DNA of 64,000 nucleotides from Candidatus Bathyarchaeota archaeon. GTDB taxonomy: Archaea > Thermoproteota > Bathyarchaeia > Bathyarchaeales > Bathycorpusculaceae. This document shows, one piece after another, positions 21,544 to 31,638 of this stretch. The DNA is taken from positions 32,001-96,000 of the forward strand of contig CAVRFW010000007.1 of the NCBI GenBank assembly GCA_963720565.1, given 5' to 3'. A program made the position numbers and the translations under genes. A model generated the notes under the pieces. That model was not told where the DNA came from. It made no database searches and saw nothing but the letters and a program-made list of their open reading frames with translations. The stretch's first letter is position 1. Each line of letters begins with the position of its first letter.

Positions 21544-21799
21544 ACCTTAACACCCGTTTTCACTAGTTTTCAGTCTTTGACGGTTAAGACTTTTGGCATT
21601 CCCCACCAGAACGGTCTCAAATGCTTCAGTAGAAGAGTGCATGAAGATTTTAGCGCGGGCGTATGGTTCTAACGCTTTGTGCTACAAAGAACAACAGGTC
21701 ATAAGCCCCAGTCTTTCACTATCGTTGATAACGCGCGAAAATCCAAGCTCAAAGGGGATCATTCTTAAATATTGTTAGACCAATTGGTTTTGAAGCAGA

Positions 21800-22258
21800 T
21801 TGCCCACTTATCGTAAGCCTAAAAGAAGTGACTGGTCAAAATCACTAATTTTCATAGGAGTTTATGTTGCAGGCATTTCCATTACAGCTTTCTACCTGCT
21901 AGTCAGTTACTGGTACCTCTGGATAGCGTTAGTGGCAGCTGGATTGATGCTGCTTGTTTTATGGCACGCTAAATCTACTGCTTACAGTTGCCCAACATGT
22001 GGCTCAGAATTCGAAATTTCCGCATTAACCGATTTTTTAAGCCCTCACGGAGTAACCAAGGATGGCGGTTGGTTATTCTTGAAATGCCCCGTTTGCGGTA
22101 ACAGGTTAAAAATGCAAGTATTAGTTAAGACAAAAGACAAATCAAACTACCTCCGCTCTTATCACTGGCTTCCTGAAGAGTTTAAACTGAAATCAGAACG
22201 AATATCTTGTCAAACTAAAATCAAAAAGAACCCCTTGAAACTTGATAATAGACTCTGA
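21800..22258 (+). CDS. Two-TM zinc-ribbon protein
   Basis: Two TM helices, then CPTC...CPVC; the C-terminus reads through motif B DNA. Confidence 0.65.
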   Translation: MPTYRKPKRSDWSKSLIFIGVYVAGISITAFYLLVSYWYLWIALVAAGLMLLVLWHAKSTAYSCPTCGSEFEISALTDFLSPHGVTKDGGWLFLKCPVCGNRLKMQVLVKTKDKSNYLRSYHWLPEEFKLKSERISCQTKIKKNPLKLDNRL

Positions 22259-22283
22259 GAATTCCTCGTGCAAGGTTTCTTGT

Positions 22284-22350
22284 TAGTCAAGGAATTTTGA
22301 CTAGAAAAGGGCGTGTTTAGTCAAGAGACCTTTACAAAAACCCCTTTTAG
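22284..22350 (+). promoter_or_regulatory. Motif A (TAGTCAA-N6-TTGACTA ... GGGCGTGTTTAGTCAAGARACCTTTACAAAAACCCCTTTTAG), reference copy
   Basis: Other copies at 24647-24688, 35981-36055, 42785-42856, 45756-45796, 48542-48585, 49897-49916 (half), 51897-51910 (partial), 53128-53196, 56268-56328 and 59211-59256; most end 30-34 nt before a start codon. Confidence 0.8.
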
Positions 22351-22380
22351 CACCCAAACCTGCATAGTAGAGGAACAGAG

Positions 22381-23866
22381 ATGAGCAAAACTGCAGGGTT
22401 GATGTTTGTTCTTGTCCTCCTCGTACCGCTATGCGTTTTCCCTATTCAACCAGCCAGAGCAGAATCAGGAACAATAATTGTCACCAACGTTAACCAGCTA
22501 GCAAACGCTGTTTATGGTGCGACTGATGGAACCACGATAATCGTGAAAAACGGAACCTACGAGTACCAAGAAAGCCAAACACTAGTTATAAGCAGGTCTA
22601 TCTCGCTCGTGGGTGAAGACCCCGATAGCACAATTCTAAACCTGTATCCCCATCGGATAGATCCGCCTTATCCTTACTCTACGCCTTACTATGAAAATGC
22701 AATCGAGGTTCAAGCCAGCGATGTCTTACTATCAGGTTTTACAATAAATAGCGTCGGTGGCTCCCTCTCGGCAAGTGGAAGCAGAGTCCAAATAACGGGC
22801 AATATGATAAATACGTATGTGGTTGCAGAGGGTCGTTACCAGAATATTTCCTTGAATGTTCTAACTGAAGGAATTCAAAATTATGGAACCTACAACAACA
22901 TCGAAAGAAACACAATCATAGGGCATGGCATTTGGGCAGCTGGCGACTTCAGCATAATCAATGGAAACAACATCACGGACTGTAATACTGAATCCGAGGG
23001 TTATGGAATAATGCTGCAGTGGAGTGGAAACACTGTTTTCGGCAATTTCATAGAGAACTGTAATCACGGTGTGAGTGTTTTGGGGACGAGTAGCTTGAAC
23101 AACATCTATTCAAACATGGTTGTCAACAACGTTGGAGGGCTTGAACTTTTTGGTGAAGGAAGCAACAACGCTTTCCATGACAACTACGTAGCCGACAACA
23201 CAATATGGAGTCCTGCTGAGTCACACATACTTGAGGACTGCAGGAGAAAACAACACAGTCTACCATAACAACTTTGTTAATAATGCTGAACAAATTAACA
23301 GTCGTTCTACCTATTACGGTAACTATGGTTCTGAAGCAGCAATCTATCCAATTGGAGACTATGATAATGGCAAGGAAGGTAATTACTGGAGTGACTACAC
23401 TGGAAAAGATGCTGACGGCAACGGAATAGGCGACACTCGCTATTTTAAAGACCTATACCCGCTTATGTACCCGTGGGGTGCCCCGCTTATTTCTATTTTA
23501 GGCTTGGAGAATGCGACATACTCTGGAAATGTTTCTCTGAACTTCAGGGTTAACAAGCCGACTTCTTGGATGGGTTATAGCCTTGACGGATTTTACAATG
23601 TAACCATTGATGGAAACTTGACTCTCACGGGCTTATCAAGCGGTTTGCACAGCATAACTGTATACGCAAAGGACATGTTTGAAAACGCTGGAACTTCAGA
23701 AACAATTTTCTTCACTACAGCGGAAAAACCAGAACCTGAGCAAGATTCTTTCCCAACAACACTACTCATCGGATCCATAATTGCCGTAGTGGCTGTTGTC
23801 GGAGTGGGGTTGCTGGTGTTGTCGGAGTGGGTTGCTGGTTTACCTCAAGAAACGCCGGGGGATTAG
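22381..23866 (+). CDS. Secreted NosD/CASH beta-helix + Ig-like protein with CTERM tail (frameshift ~23210; tail disrupted by a duplication)
   Basis: Signal peptide, parallel beta-helix repeats, GNYWSDY..DGIGD and DSFPTTL tail. Confidence 0.75.
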
Positions 23867-23872
23867 GAATCC

Positions 23873-24646
23873 ATGAGTGGCAAAGCGTTAGTATTGGCAC
23901 TGATATTCGTCTTCTCTGTTTCATTGATCGTTAGCGTGCATAATATTCAAGTTGCTACCGCTAATTTCTTTCCGGGTAATGCCCTGCTGATCTCTTCTCC
24001 AACTTCTGGAATGGTTTACGCAAACACTTCTATTCCACTTATTTTAGTGGCTAATGTTGCTAATCCTACCCCTGAGATTGTGAGCCTTGCTTACAGTCTT
24101 GACGAAAACCCAAATGTAACTCTGACCAATTTGAACAAGACACTTCGCCCCCCAGGTCACATTGACGGTTCCCAATTCTTTGCAGAACTAGTTTTGGAGA
24201 ATCTGTCTGAAGGCAACCACACGCTCAAAGCTTATTCGCAGGATGATTCTGGCGTGCAGATGTCAGCGTCAGTGGAGTTTATGATTGATACAAACTACCA
24301 GACGCCACTTTTGGTTCTGTCCCCCCAAAACATTACCTACTACACAACTGAAGTTCCTCTGACTTTTGTTTGCAGTGAGGAATTCACGTTTGTGTCTCCT
24401 GATTACGTGCTAGACGGTATAGGCATGGGACCTATTTCCGGGAATTTGACTTTGACTGGATTGTCCCTTGGTAAACATGAAATAACAGTTATCGTTTGGA
24501 CTGTGAGGGGAGTTTTTTCTCAAACAGTCTACTTCAGCGTTTCGGAGCCAGAGCCTTTCCCAACCCCGCTGGTCATAAGCTTCGTAATCGCATTGATTGC
24601 TGTTGGCTTGGGTTTGCTGGTTTACTTCAAGAAACGCAAGCGTTAA
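23873..24646 (+). CDS. Secreted tandem Ig-like protein with PEPFPT-CTERM tail
   Basis: Signal peptide; YSLD..NVT..LSEG.H module twice; EPEPFPT...GLLVYFKKRKR. Confidence 0.75.
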   Translation: MSGKALVLALIFVFSVSLIVSVHNIQVATANFFPGNALLISSPTSGMVYANTSIPLILVANVANPTPEIVSLAYSLDENPNVTLTNLNKTLRPPGHIDGSQFFAELVLENLSEGNHTLKAYSQDDSGVQMSASVEFMIDTNYQTPLLVLSPQNITYYTTEVPLTFVCSEEFTFVSPDYVLDGIGMGPISGNLTLTGLSLGKHEITVIVWTVRGVFSQTVYFSVSEPEPFPTPLVISFVIALIAVGLGLLVYFKKRKR

Positions 24647-24722
24647 GCAGAATTGTTGAGTCAATAAAGTTTTACAAAAACGATTTTATCACGCCGTCAC
24701 CCCGATGTAACTGGGAACAGAC

Positions 24723-24833
24723 ATGAACAAGAATGCGGGAGTGTTAATCGTTCCGGTTCTCCTAACTTCGCCTTTCTATGCGCAGCCTAATGCAGCTTTT
24801 GCTGCCTCTGGAGGTGAAGAACGCAATGAGTAA
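24723..24833 (+). pseudogene. Orphan signal-peptide head of an array gene
   Basis: MNKNAGVLIVPVLLTSPFYAQP...AAS* lies 34 nt after motif A; its gaacagacatga start context is identical to 36082. Confidence 0.55.
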
Positions 24834-25536
24834 ACTCAAAGAGATTGCACTATTCATCGTCATAACTGTAATAATTGCTGTACCCCTCTACTTCCTTACC
24901 CTCACTGGCTACAGCTACGGTACTACTGACAAGTGGATCTTGATTGCGTTGAACGTGGTTTTCCTTGCCCTCTTTCTCCTGTTTCTACCCTTCAAGAAGA
25001 AGGTGGCGCGTCTGCCCAACAGCGTCTATCTCGCCTTCATACTAGCTCTCTACGTGGAGATGTATGGCATCCCACTGACAATGTTTCTGTTCGCAGGCTT
25101 CTTCGGACAAAACAACATATTCTCGCTCGAGTTCCTCCTCGCAGGCGTGGTAGGTCAAGAAACGTTCTACCGCGTTTTCAACACCTACATCTTTCCCCTG
25201 TCCAAAATCATTATGGGCATAGGCATACTGCTGATCATTTACGGTTGGAGGGCAATCTACAAGGGTAGAAAAGAAGGCAAGCTTGTGACCACAGGCCTCT
25301 ATGGCGTCATCCGCAACCCGCAATACGTAGGCTTCCTGTTGATCACTCTGGGGTTAAATGTGATGTGGCTGACCATAATCACGCTCATACTCTGGCCTAT
25401 ACTGGCAGTGCTTTACTGGCAGCTCTCAAAAAGAGAAGACAAAGACATGGAGAAACAGTTTGGGCAAGAATTCGTAGATTACAAGAATAGGGTTCCAGGC
25501 TTTTTCCCACGCTTGCGGAAGCGTTCTGCCTCTTAG
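24826..25536 (+). CDS. Isoprenylcysteine carboxyl methyltransferase / PEMT family membrane protein
   Basis: LVTTGLYGVIRNPQY and E....FGQEF.DY..RVP; GGAGGTGA RBS. Confidence 0.85.
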   Translation: MSKLKEIALFIVITVIIAVPLYFLTLTGYSYGTTDKWILIALNVVFLALFLLFLPFKKKVARLPNSVYLAFILALYVEMYGIPLTMFLFAGFFGQNNIFSLEFLLAGVVGQETFYRVFNTYIFPLSKIIMGIGILLIIYGWRAIYKGRKEGKLVTTGLYGVIRNPQYVGFLLITLGLNVMWLTIITLILWPILAVLYWQLSKREDKDMEKQFGQEFVDYKNRVPGFFPRLRKRSAS

Positions 25537-25644
25537 GAGAGAAGAGATGCGCTATCTTGCATTTCAATCTCTCCCGGGAAAAACCGCTGGATTATGGAAA
25601 CCCCCAGAAATAAGCATGGCGACAAAAGTGGATGGAGACTAGGC

Positions 25645-27831
25645 ATGAAAGTAGTACACGAAATAATGTTAACATTGTTGCTGACCAGCGTGTTAACATT
25701 ACCTTTCTCCGTTGAACTCGTTCGATCCGAAGCATTAACCATTGTCATTATGGCTGATGGGACAATTGCCCCTTCAACAGCACCCTTTCTTCGGGATGGA
25801 AACCGTTACGCGTTTACCGGCAACGTTTTTGGCGAAATTGTGGTGGAGAAAAGCAACGTAACAGTGGATGGAAACGGGTATACTCTTCAGGGTTCAGGAA
25901 GCGGAAGTGGGATCAAACTGGCAGGAGTAAATGGCGTCACGATACAGAACACAAATATCCAAAGCTTCACATCCGGCCTCTGGTTTGACGGTTCTTCTGG
26001 AAACACAGTCTTTTCAAACACAATAGCAAACTGCAGCTATGATGGAATTCGTCTTGACGGATCTTCTGGCAATACCATCTCCAGCAACACAATTAAAGAC
26101 AACTATCAGAGCATCCGCCTTCATAGCTCTCCAGACAACAACATCTACAGGAATGTTATAACAAACAGCTACCACGCCGTCTTTTTGCACAGTTCCTCTG
26201 ACAACACCATCTCCGAGAACACGATAACAAACATTTACCTTAGAGGCTTCGAACTCTACAGTTCTTCAGACTTCAACACTATATCCAAAAACAACTTGAC
26301 AAACAGCTTCAGAAGCATATGGCTTTCTGTTTCTTTCAATAACACTTTTTTTGGTAACACAATAACAGGAAACAACTACGAGGGTTTCTCCTTCTACGGT
26401 GCATCCAACAACACCATTTCCGGAAACACCATAACAAACAGCAACTATGACGGCATTTCCCTCTACGGTTCTTCGGAATCTAACACAATAATCCAGAACA
26501 CCTTCAGGGACAATTATCACGGAATCAACTTGCATGATCACTCAAGATTCAACGTGATTTCCGAAAACACGATAACGAACAGCAACCGCGGCATCCACCT
26601 TCATGGATCTTCACAACTCAACACCATCAATGGAAATACCATAACAAACAATTACGAGGGCATTTACCTCGACAGTTCTACAGAGCTTAACACAGTTTCC
26701 CAAAACATTATAACCGACAGTAACCGCGGCATATACCTAGATGGTTCCTCCAAAAATAGTATTTCCAATAACACCTTAACAAGCAACACCGAAGGAATCT
26801 CATTGTATGGCTCTTCTGAATTAAACGCCATCTCTGGAAACATAATAACAAAGAACGACTATGACGGCATCCACATCTACGATTCCCGATACAACACAGT
26901 CTCTGAAAACATCCTGACTGAAAACTATAATGGCATCTATCTAGATGGTTCCTCCAACAACACTGTTTCCGCAAATTCTATAGAAAATAATGGCAATGAT
27001 GGCATATGCCTAGATGATTATTCTGACTCCAACATTGTATCTGGAAACCTATTGAGAAACAATGGTTACGACGGCATCTATATCTATGGTTACTCAAAAT
27101 TCAATTTCATCTCAGCTAACACGATAAGGGACAATGGCTACGACGGCGTCTTCCTTTATTGTTCTGACAACAACACAATCTCCCAGAGCGTGATAGCGAA
27201 CAACTTCAGAGGGATCTTTTTCTGGAATTCTTCAGGAAACATCATCTCTGGAAACGCAATAGCAGACAACCGCTATGACGGCATGTGCCTCCACGGCGCT
27301 TATAACAAAATCTTCGGAAATAACATAACAGACAGCAATTACGACGGCATTGGCCTTCACGGTGCATTCAACGTAATATTCGGAAACAACATATCGGGCA
27401 GCGACTATGACGGCATCCACATCTATGATTCAGTTTACAACACGGTTTTCCATAACAACCTCGTCAACAATACACTTTCTGCTCGCTTATCAGACAGCAC
27501 CAGTAGTTTGGACGGAGGCTATCCTTCAGGCGGTAATTATTGGAGCGACTACACAGGAATCGATGAGTATTCTGGCGCTAATCAAGATAAGCCGGGTAGC
27601 GATGGCATAGGCGACACCCCATATGTTATCGATGAAAACAACCAAGACAATTACCCGCTAATGGCGCCATTTGCAGGCGATAACGACGACATAGTGTTGC
27701 CCACTGAAGAAGTGTTTCCGTTAGCGCAGGTTGTTGTTGCTTCTCTAATTTTTGCTGCTGCTGGTGTGGTTCTGCTGGTTTATTTCCAGAAACGCCAGAA
27801 GGACAAGAATTTATGCAGAACAAGGCAATAG
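25645..27831 (+). CDS. Large secreted NosD/CASH parallel beta-helix protein with CTERM tail
   Basis: More than 20 GIxL..S..N.I..N repeats, GGNYWSDY and VFPL..VYFQKR. Confidence 0.85.
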   Translation: MKVVHEIMLTLLLTSVLTLPFSVELVRSEALTIVIMADGTIAPSTAPFLRDGNRYAFTGNVFGEIVVEKSNVTVDGNGYTLQGSGSGSGIKLAGVNGVTIQNTNIQSFTSGLWFDGSSGNTVFSNTIANCSYDGIRLDGSSGNTISSNTIKDNYQSIRLHSSPDNNIYRNVITNSYHAVFLHSSSDNTISENTITNIYLRGFELYSSSDFNTISKNNLTNSFRSIWLSVSFNNTFFGNTITGNNYEGFSFYGASNNTISGNTITNSNYDGISLYGSSESNTIIQNTFRDNYHGINLHDHSRFNVISENTITNSNRGIHLHGSSQLNTINGNTITNNYEGIYLDSSTELNTVSQNIITDSNRGIYLDGSSKNSISNNTLTSNTEGISLYGSSELNAISGNIITKNDYDGIHIYDSRYNTVSENILTENYNGIYLDGSSNNTVSANSIENNGNDGICLDDYSDSNIVSGNLLRNNGYDGIYIYGYSKFNFISANTIRDNGYDGVFLYCSDNNTISQSVIANNFRGIFFWNSSGNIISGNAIADNRYDGMCLHGAYNKIFGNNITDSNYDGIGLHGAFNVIFGNNISGSDYDGIHIYDSVYNTVFHNNLVNNTLSARLSDSTSSLDGGYPSGGNYWSDYTGIDEYSGANQDKPGSDGIGDTPYVIDENNQDNYPLMAPFAGDNDDIVLPTEEVFPLAQVVVASLIFAAAGVVLLVYFQKRQKDKNLCRTRQ

Positions 27832-28889
27832 CACTAACACTTATCTTGTCTCTCTTTTGCCTACCGCCTGTTAGAGCTTTTGAGGTAACGGCCACTTTGA
27901 CTTTGGAGAATCCAGGCGGTTATTACGGCGTGGCTTATGATTCTGGCAAAGGAGAAGTCTTTTTGACCAATGTGGATTTCGATTTGGTCTACGTAATTTC
28001 AGACAGTAACAATGCAGTAGTCGCAAGTATACCCGTGGGGAGACAGCCTGTGGGAATAGCTTATGATTCTGCGAAGGGTGAACTATTCGTTGCCAATTAT
28101 GGTTCCAATTCGGTTTCGGTTATTTCGGACAGTAACAATACCGTAATTGCAGACATACCCTGTGGGACCGCGCCCTTTGCCGTGGCTTATGATTCCGGTA
28201 AGGGCGAAATCTTCGTGTCCAACTATAATTCTAGTTCTGTCTCGGTGATATCGGATAGCACCTATACCGTAGTCGCAAACATAAGCGTGGGAATTCAACC
28301 CTGTGCTCTAGCCTATGATTCGGGTAAAGGAGAGATATTTGTGGGGCATGCTGGCTGCAATCAGGTTTTGGTGATATCGGACACCACTTACGCCGTTGTC
28401 GCAAACATAACTGTGCAAGATCCCTTGAGTTTGGTTTATGATTCCGGTAAAGGAGAAGTCTTTGTGGCTAACTATAATTCAAGTTCGGTCTCAATTATAT
28501 CAGACGCTACAAACCAGATTGTTGCAACCGTAAATGTGGGAGCAAATCCCGTAGGTATCGCGTATGATTCGGGTAATGGCCAAGTCTATGTGGCAAATTA
28601 CAATTCGAGCTCGGTCTCAGTGATATCCGACAGTAACAATACTGTAATTGCAAATGTAGCTCTGGAAAGCCATCCGCAGGGTATAGGTTTTGATTCTGGT
28701 AAGGGAGAGATATTTGTGACTTATTCTGAAAGCAACAGGATTTCGGTGATATCAATTTCCTCTATCCCACTGCCCGGTCCATCCGTTCCGGAGTATCCAA
28801 TATGGACGATTCTGCCTTTGACTGCCATATTACTAGGGGTCTTGTGTGCTGGCTTGCTGGTTTACGTCAAGAAACGCCACAAGCTCTGA
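27813..28889 (+). CDS. Secreted YVTN/YncE beta-propeller protein with PEY(PEF-like)-CTERM tail
   Basis: Seven AYDSGKGE.FV.N repeats; VPEYP...LLVYVKKR. Confidence 0.85.
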   Translation: MQNKAIALTLILSLFCLPPVRAFEVTATLTLENPGGYYGVAYDSGKGEVFLTNVDFDLVYVISDSNNAVVASIPVGRQPVGIAYDSAKGELFVANYGSNSVSVISDSNNTVIADIPCGTAPFAVAYDSGKGEIFVSNYNSSSVSVISDSTYTVVANISVGIQPCALAYDSGKGEIFVGHAGCNQVLVISDTTYAVVANITVQDPLSLVYDSGKGEVFVANYNSSSVSIISDATNQIVATVNVGANPVGIAYDSGNGQVYVANYNSSSVSVISDSNNTVIANVALESHPQGIGFDSGKGEIFVTYSESNRISVISISSIPLPGPSVPEYPIWTILPLTAILLGVLCAGLLVYVKKRHKL

Positions 28890-28979
28890 TTGTATGCTGA
28901 CTGCGTTCCTGTGGCGGAACAATGTGTTCCTTGAGTAGAACTATATAGGATCTTTACCAGTGTATTGGAGATGATTGCA

Positions 28980-29837
28980 GTGCGAAAGACAACAAAGTTT
29001 CTAAGCTTCATTATCTTAGGATTACTTGCTGCTTCATTGCTTGATTTTCAATCTGTAAAAGCACAATATGCTGATGATGGAAGACCATTCCCCCTTGCTT
29101 CACCAATTGAAATAACTTCACCATCTAACAGCACATATGATTCAGGGTTATTGATGCTCGATATCAGTTTCAAATTGATGCTCAATGTTGAAAAGACAAA
29201 CATAACAGTGCTTTACAGCCTGGATGGAAAAGAAAACACCACTGTCGCAGTATCAACAAAACTCTTTCCAGTAGAAACAACAATAACTTATGCAAACGGC
29301 TCAACACAAACTGGCATTTCATCACTATTCTCTTATTACATCATCAATGCAAGCGTGGCTTTGCCAGAACTCCCTGAAGGTTTTCACAGCATATCAGTCT
29401 ATGGAAGATATGAGCATGTTGGCGGCTCCAATTACAATGTGCATGATAGTAGCAGGGTTTGCTTTACAATCAATAATGGTAAGGCTCCAGTCATATCAAG
29501 TCTAAGTCTTGAAAACATAACTTACAGTCAAGATAATTTGAACTTGAATTTTACGGTTGACGAGTCAACTTCATGGATGGGTTATTGTTTGGATGAACAG
29601 GCTAACGTTACTTTGACTGGGAATTTCACGCTCACACAGCTGCCCTATGGCTCACACACAATAACTATTTACGCAAATGACACGGTTGGAAACATGGGCT
29701 CCTCTGCAACGATCAACTTCAGCATAGCACAACCGTTCCCAACTGCACTTGCCCTGTCATCCGCAGGCGTAGTGGCTATTGTCGGTTTGGGTCTTCTGGT
29801 TTACCACAAGAAACGCTACAAGCTCAAGATTACATGA
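28980..29837 (+). CDS. Secreted Ig-like protein with CTERM tail
   Basis: Signal peptide, SWMGYCLD Ig module and QPFPT...LLVYHKKR. Confidence 0.75.
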   Translation: MRKTTKFLSFIILGLLAASLLDFQSVKAQYADDGRPFPLASPIEITSPSNSTYDSGLLMLDISFKLMLNVEKTNITVLYSLDGKENTTVAVSTKLFPVETTITYANGSTQTGISSLFSYYIINASVALPELPEGFHSISVYGRYEHVGGSNYNVHDSSRVCFTINNGKAPVISSLSLENITYSQDNLNLNFTVDESTSWMGYCLDEQANVTLTGNFTLTQLPYGSHTITIYANDTVGNMGSSATINFSIAQPFPTALALSSAGVVAIVGLGLLVYHKKRYKLKIT

Positions 29838-29964
29838 AGATTTGTCTAAACTAAAATCTAAACGACCTCTTGAAAAAGAGACTTTCAATCAGTCGACCTT
29901 TAAGTTCTACGAGTGAAATGTTCAGTAAAGCGGGGGATTAGGCAACTTTTCCCCAGTAGCAGCG

Positions 29965-30795
29965 TCAATCAACAATGGGAACAAGTGTCCCTGAGCGAAT
30001 GTACCCAGAGGGTTCAGTAACGACTATCTGCCAGACATACTTGTAAACCACACCTTCCCCGTAGACAGGAGAGTAATCTGACGGCGGAACAGTAATCGGA
30101 CTAATATCGACCACAATTGGCCCAGTGAAGTTATGTCCATCAAGGTCAGTAACCTGTTTCAACGTCCTCAGATAGGCCCCCACTCTCATGCCCTGAAGTG
30201 AAGTCTTGTTCCAACCGCCAGCTCGTAACCCTAGCTGCAGAGCACGATACACTGACACAGAAGGTGAGAATGAAGAATTAACGTTTATGTAGGGAATCAC
30301 TCCGAATTCATCATAGTACGCCATTGCCTCAACGTCGATTGCTTTCAAACGCTCATTTTCCCTCTGAAGGTCAAGAGCCTGAGTGTACTCGTAAAAAGCG
30401 AATGCTGTAGTGACTATCAACAAGGCTGAAAGCAACAGAGCCCCTGATTTCAATCCGACTTTCTGGATGGAGAGACGCCGATTAGCTCCTTTAAGATTCC
30501 CTGTCTCTCTGACAGATGACACGTTTTCCACTGTCTGGATTGTGAGCAAAGCATCTTTTCCTTGTTCGGAAAGGCAGTATTTTCCGTATTCGTCGGTCTT
30601 TATTAGTCCATTGAGCTTGGTCAGGTGATGTTGAAGATGCCCGCTGCTTTCAATGGATACCTTCTTTTTTAAATCAGCAAAGCCGAGTGCTCCTTCACTT
30701 AGAACCTTCAAGAGAACTATGCGAGTTGGATGCCCTAGTGCGTCAAATACCTCTGCACGCTGGCGGTCTTTTTCGACATCTTCGGGTTTTTCCAT
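29965..30795 (-). CDS. Membrane-anchored winged-HTH (ArsR-like) regulator with extracytoplasmic domain
   Basis: FDALGHPTR...LQHHL HTH, one TM helix and a C-terminal domain. Confidence 0.8.
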   Translation of the reverse strand: MEKPEDVEKDRQRAEVFDALGHPTRIVLLKVLSEGALGFADLKKKVSIESSGHLQHHLTKLNGLIKTDEYGKYCLSEQGKDALLTIQTVENVSSVRETGNLKGANRRLSIQKVGLKSGALLLSALLIVTTAFAFYEYTQALDLQRENERLKAIDVEAMAYYDEFGVIPYINVNSSFSPSVSVYRALQLGLRAGGWNKTSLQGMRVGAYLRTLKQVTDLDGHNFTGPIVVDISPITVPPSDYSPVYGEGVVYKYVWQIVVTEPSGYIRSGTLVPIVD

Positions 30796-31096
30796 TTTTA
30801 GCAGCCCTTTATGTAAAGGGCTCATTTTGATATTTAATTCCTCGTTTGTAGACCTGTCTAGAAATAGAGTGAGAGTTAAGTCCAGTTTTGTGGACCAAGA
30901 CAAGCTAACCAGTTATTGTCTGTAGTTTTTTGTAAGATGTGATTTTAGGATCTGAATGTTAAGTTTGAAAGCCAATAGAGGAGCGAAAAAGCAGGGATGG
31001 AACCAAGGTAGCGGCAGCCACGCGCGCCAATAGAGATTTTTTGGAAGACAATTCCGTAAGGCTTAAAGATTGTTGCTGCTGAAAAGATTAGTTTTC

Positions 31097-31522
31097 TCAA
31101 GATTCCGATTTCTTGCATTGATTGCAATAGGTGTGTATTTCCAAATGTTGCTCAATATGCGAGTGATTCAATTCTGCAGTTATTTGTGACATGAAATCCC
31201 GAATGGTTAGTGATTCATAATTTTGTATCTTTGCGCAGTTCTTGCAGACGATGTTGATGTGGGGTGAAGTGTCTGGATCATATCTGGTGATTCCGTCACG
31301 AAAGCCCAGTTCTTGTAGCATTCCAATCTCTGTGAGCAAGTGCAGTGTCTGATAGACGGTTGCCAAGCTGAGGGTTGGATATTTCTTCTGCATTGCATGG
31401 TGGATGTGTTCAACTGTTGGGTGTTCTTTGCTCGAAAGGATCAGTTCGCAAATCGCCAGACGTTGGGGGGTAACCCTGAAGTCTTTCTCATGTAATTTGG
31501 CGATGAGTTGTTGAGTGTTCAC
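31097..31522 (-). CDS. Fur/PerR family transcriptional repressor
   Basis: RVTPQR, HPT, SLATVY, H...CxxC and CxxC; divergent from catalase. Confidence 0.92.
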   Translation of the reverse strand: MNTQQLIAKLHEKDFRVTPQRLAICELILSSKEHPTVEHIHHAMQKKYPTLSLATVYQTLHLLTEIGMLQELGFRDGITRYDPDTSPHINIVCKNCAKIQNYESLTIRDFMSQITAELNHSHIEQHLEIHTYCNQCKKSES

Positions 31523-31638
31523 AGTTACTAACTGTGAACTAGGTTATATAAAATGTTTTGTAAGAAATAAGAATACTTAAATAATAATGATTACATCTTT
31601 GTTATGAGTTAAAGTAATAGGGAATGGAGATAGTGAAA

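Noticed and set aside
25645..27831. Diversity-generating retroelement acting on the repeat proteins
   Set aside because: No reverse transcriptase, and no TR/VR pair differing only at adenines was seen
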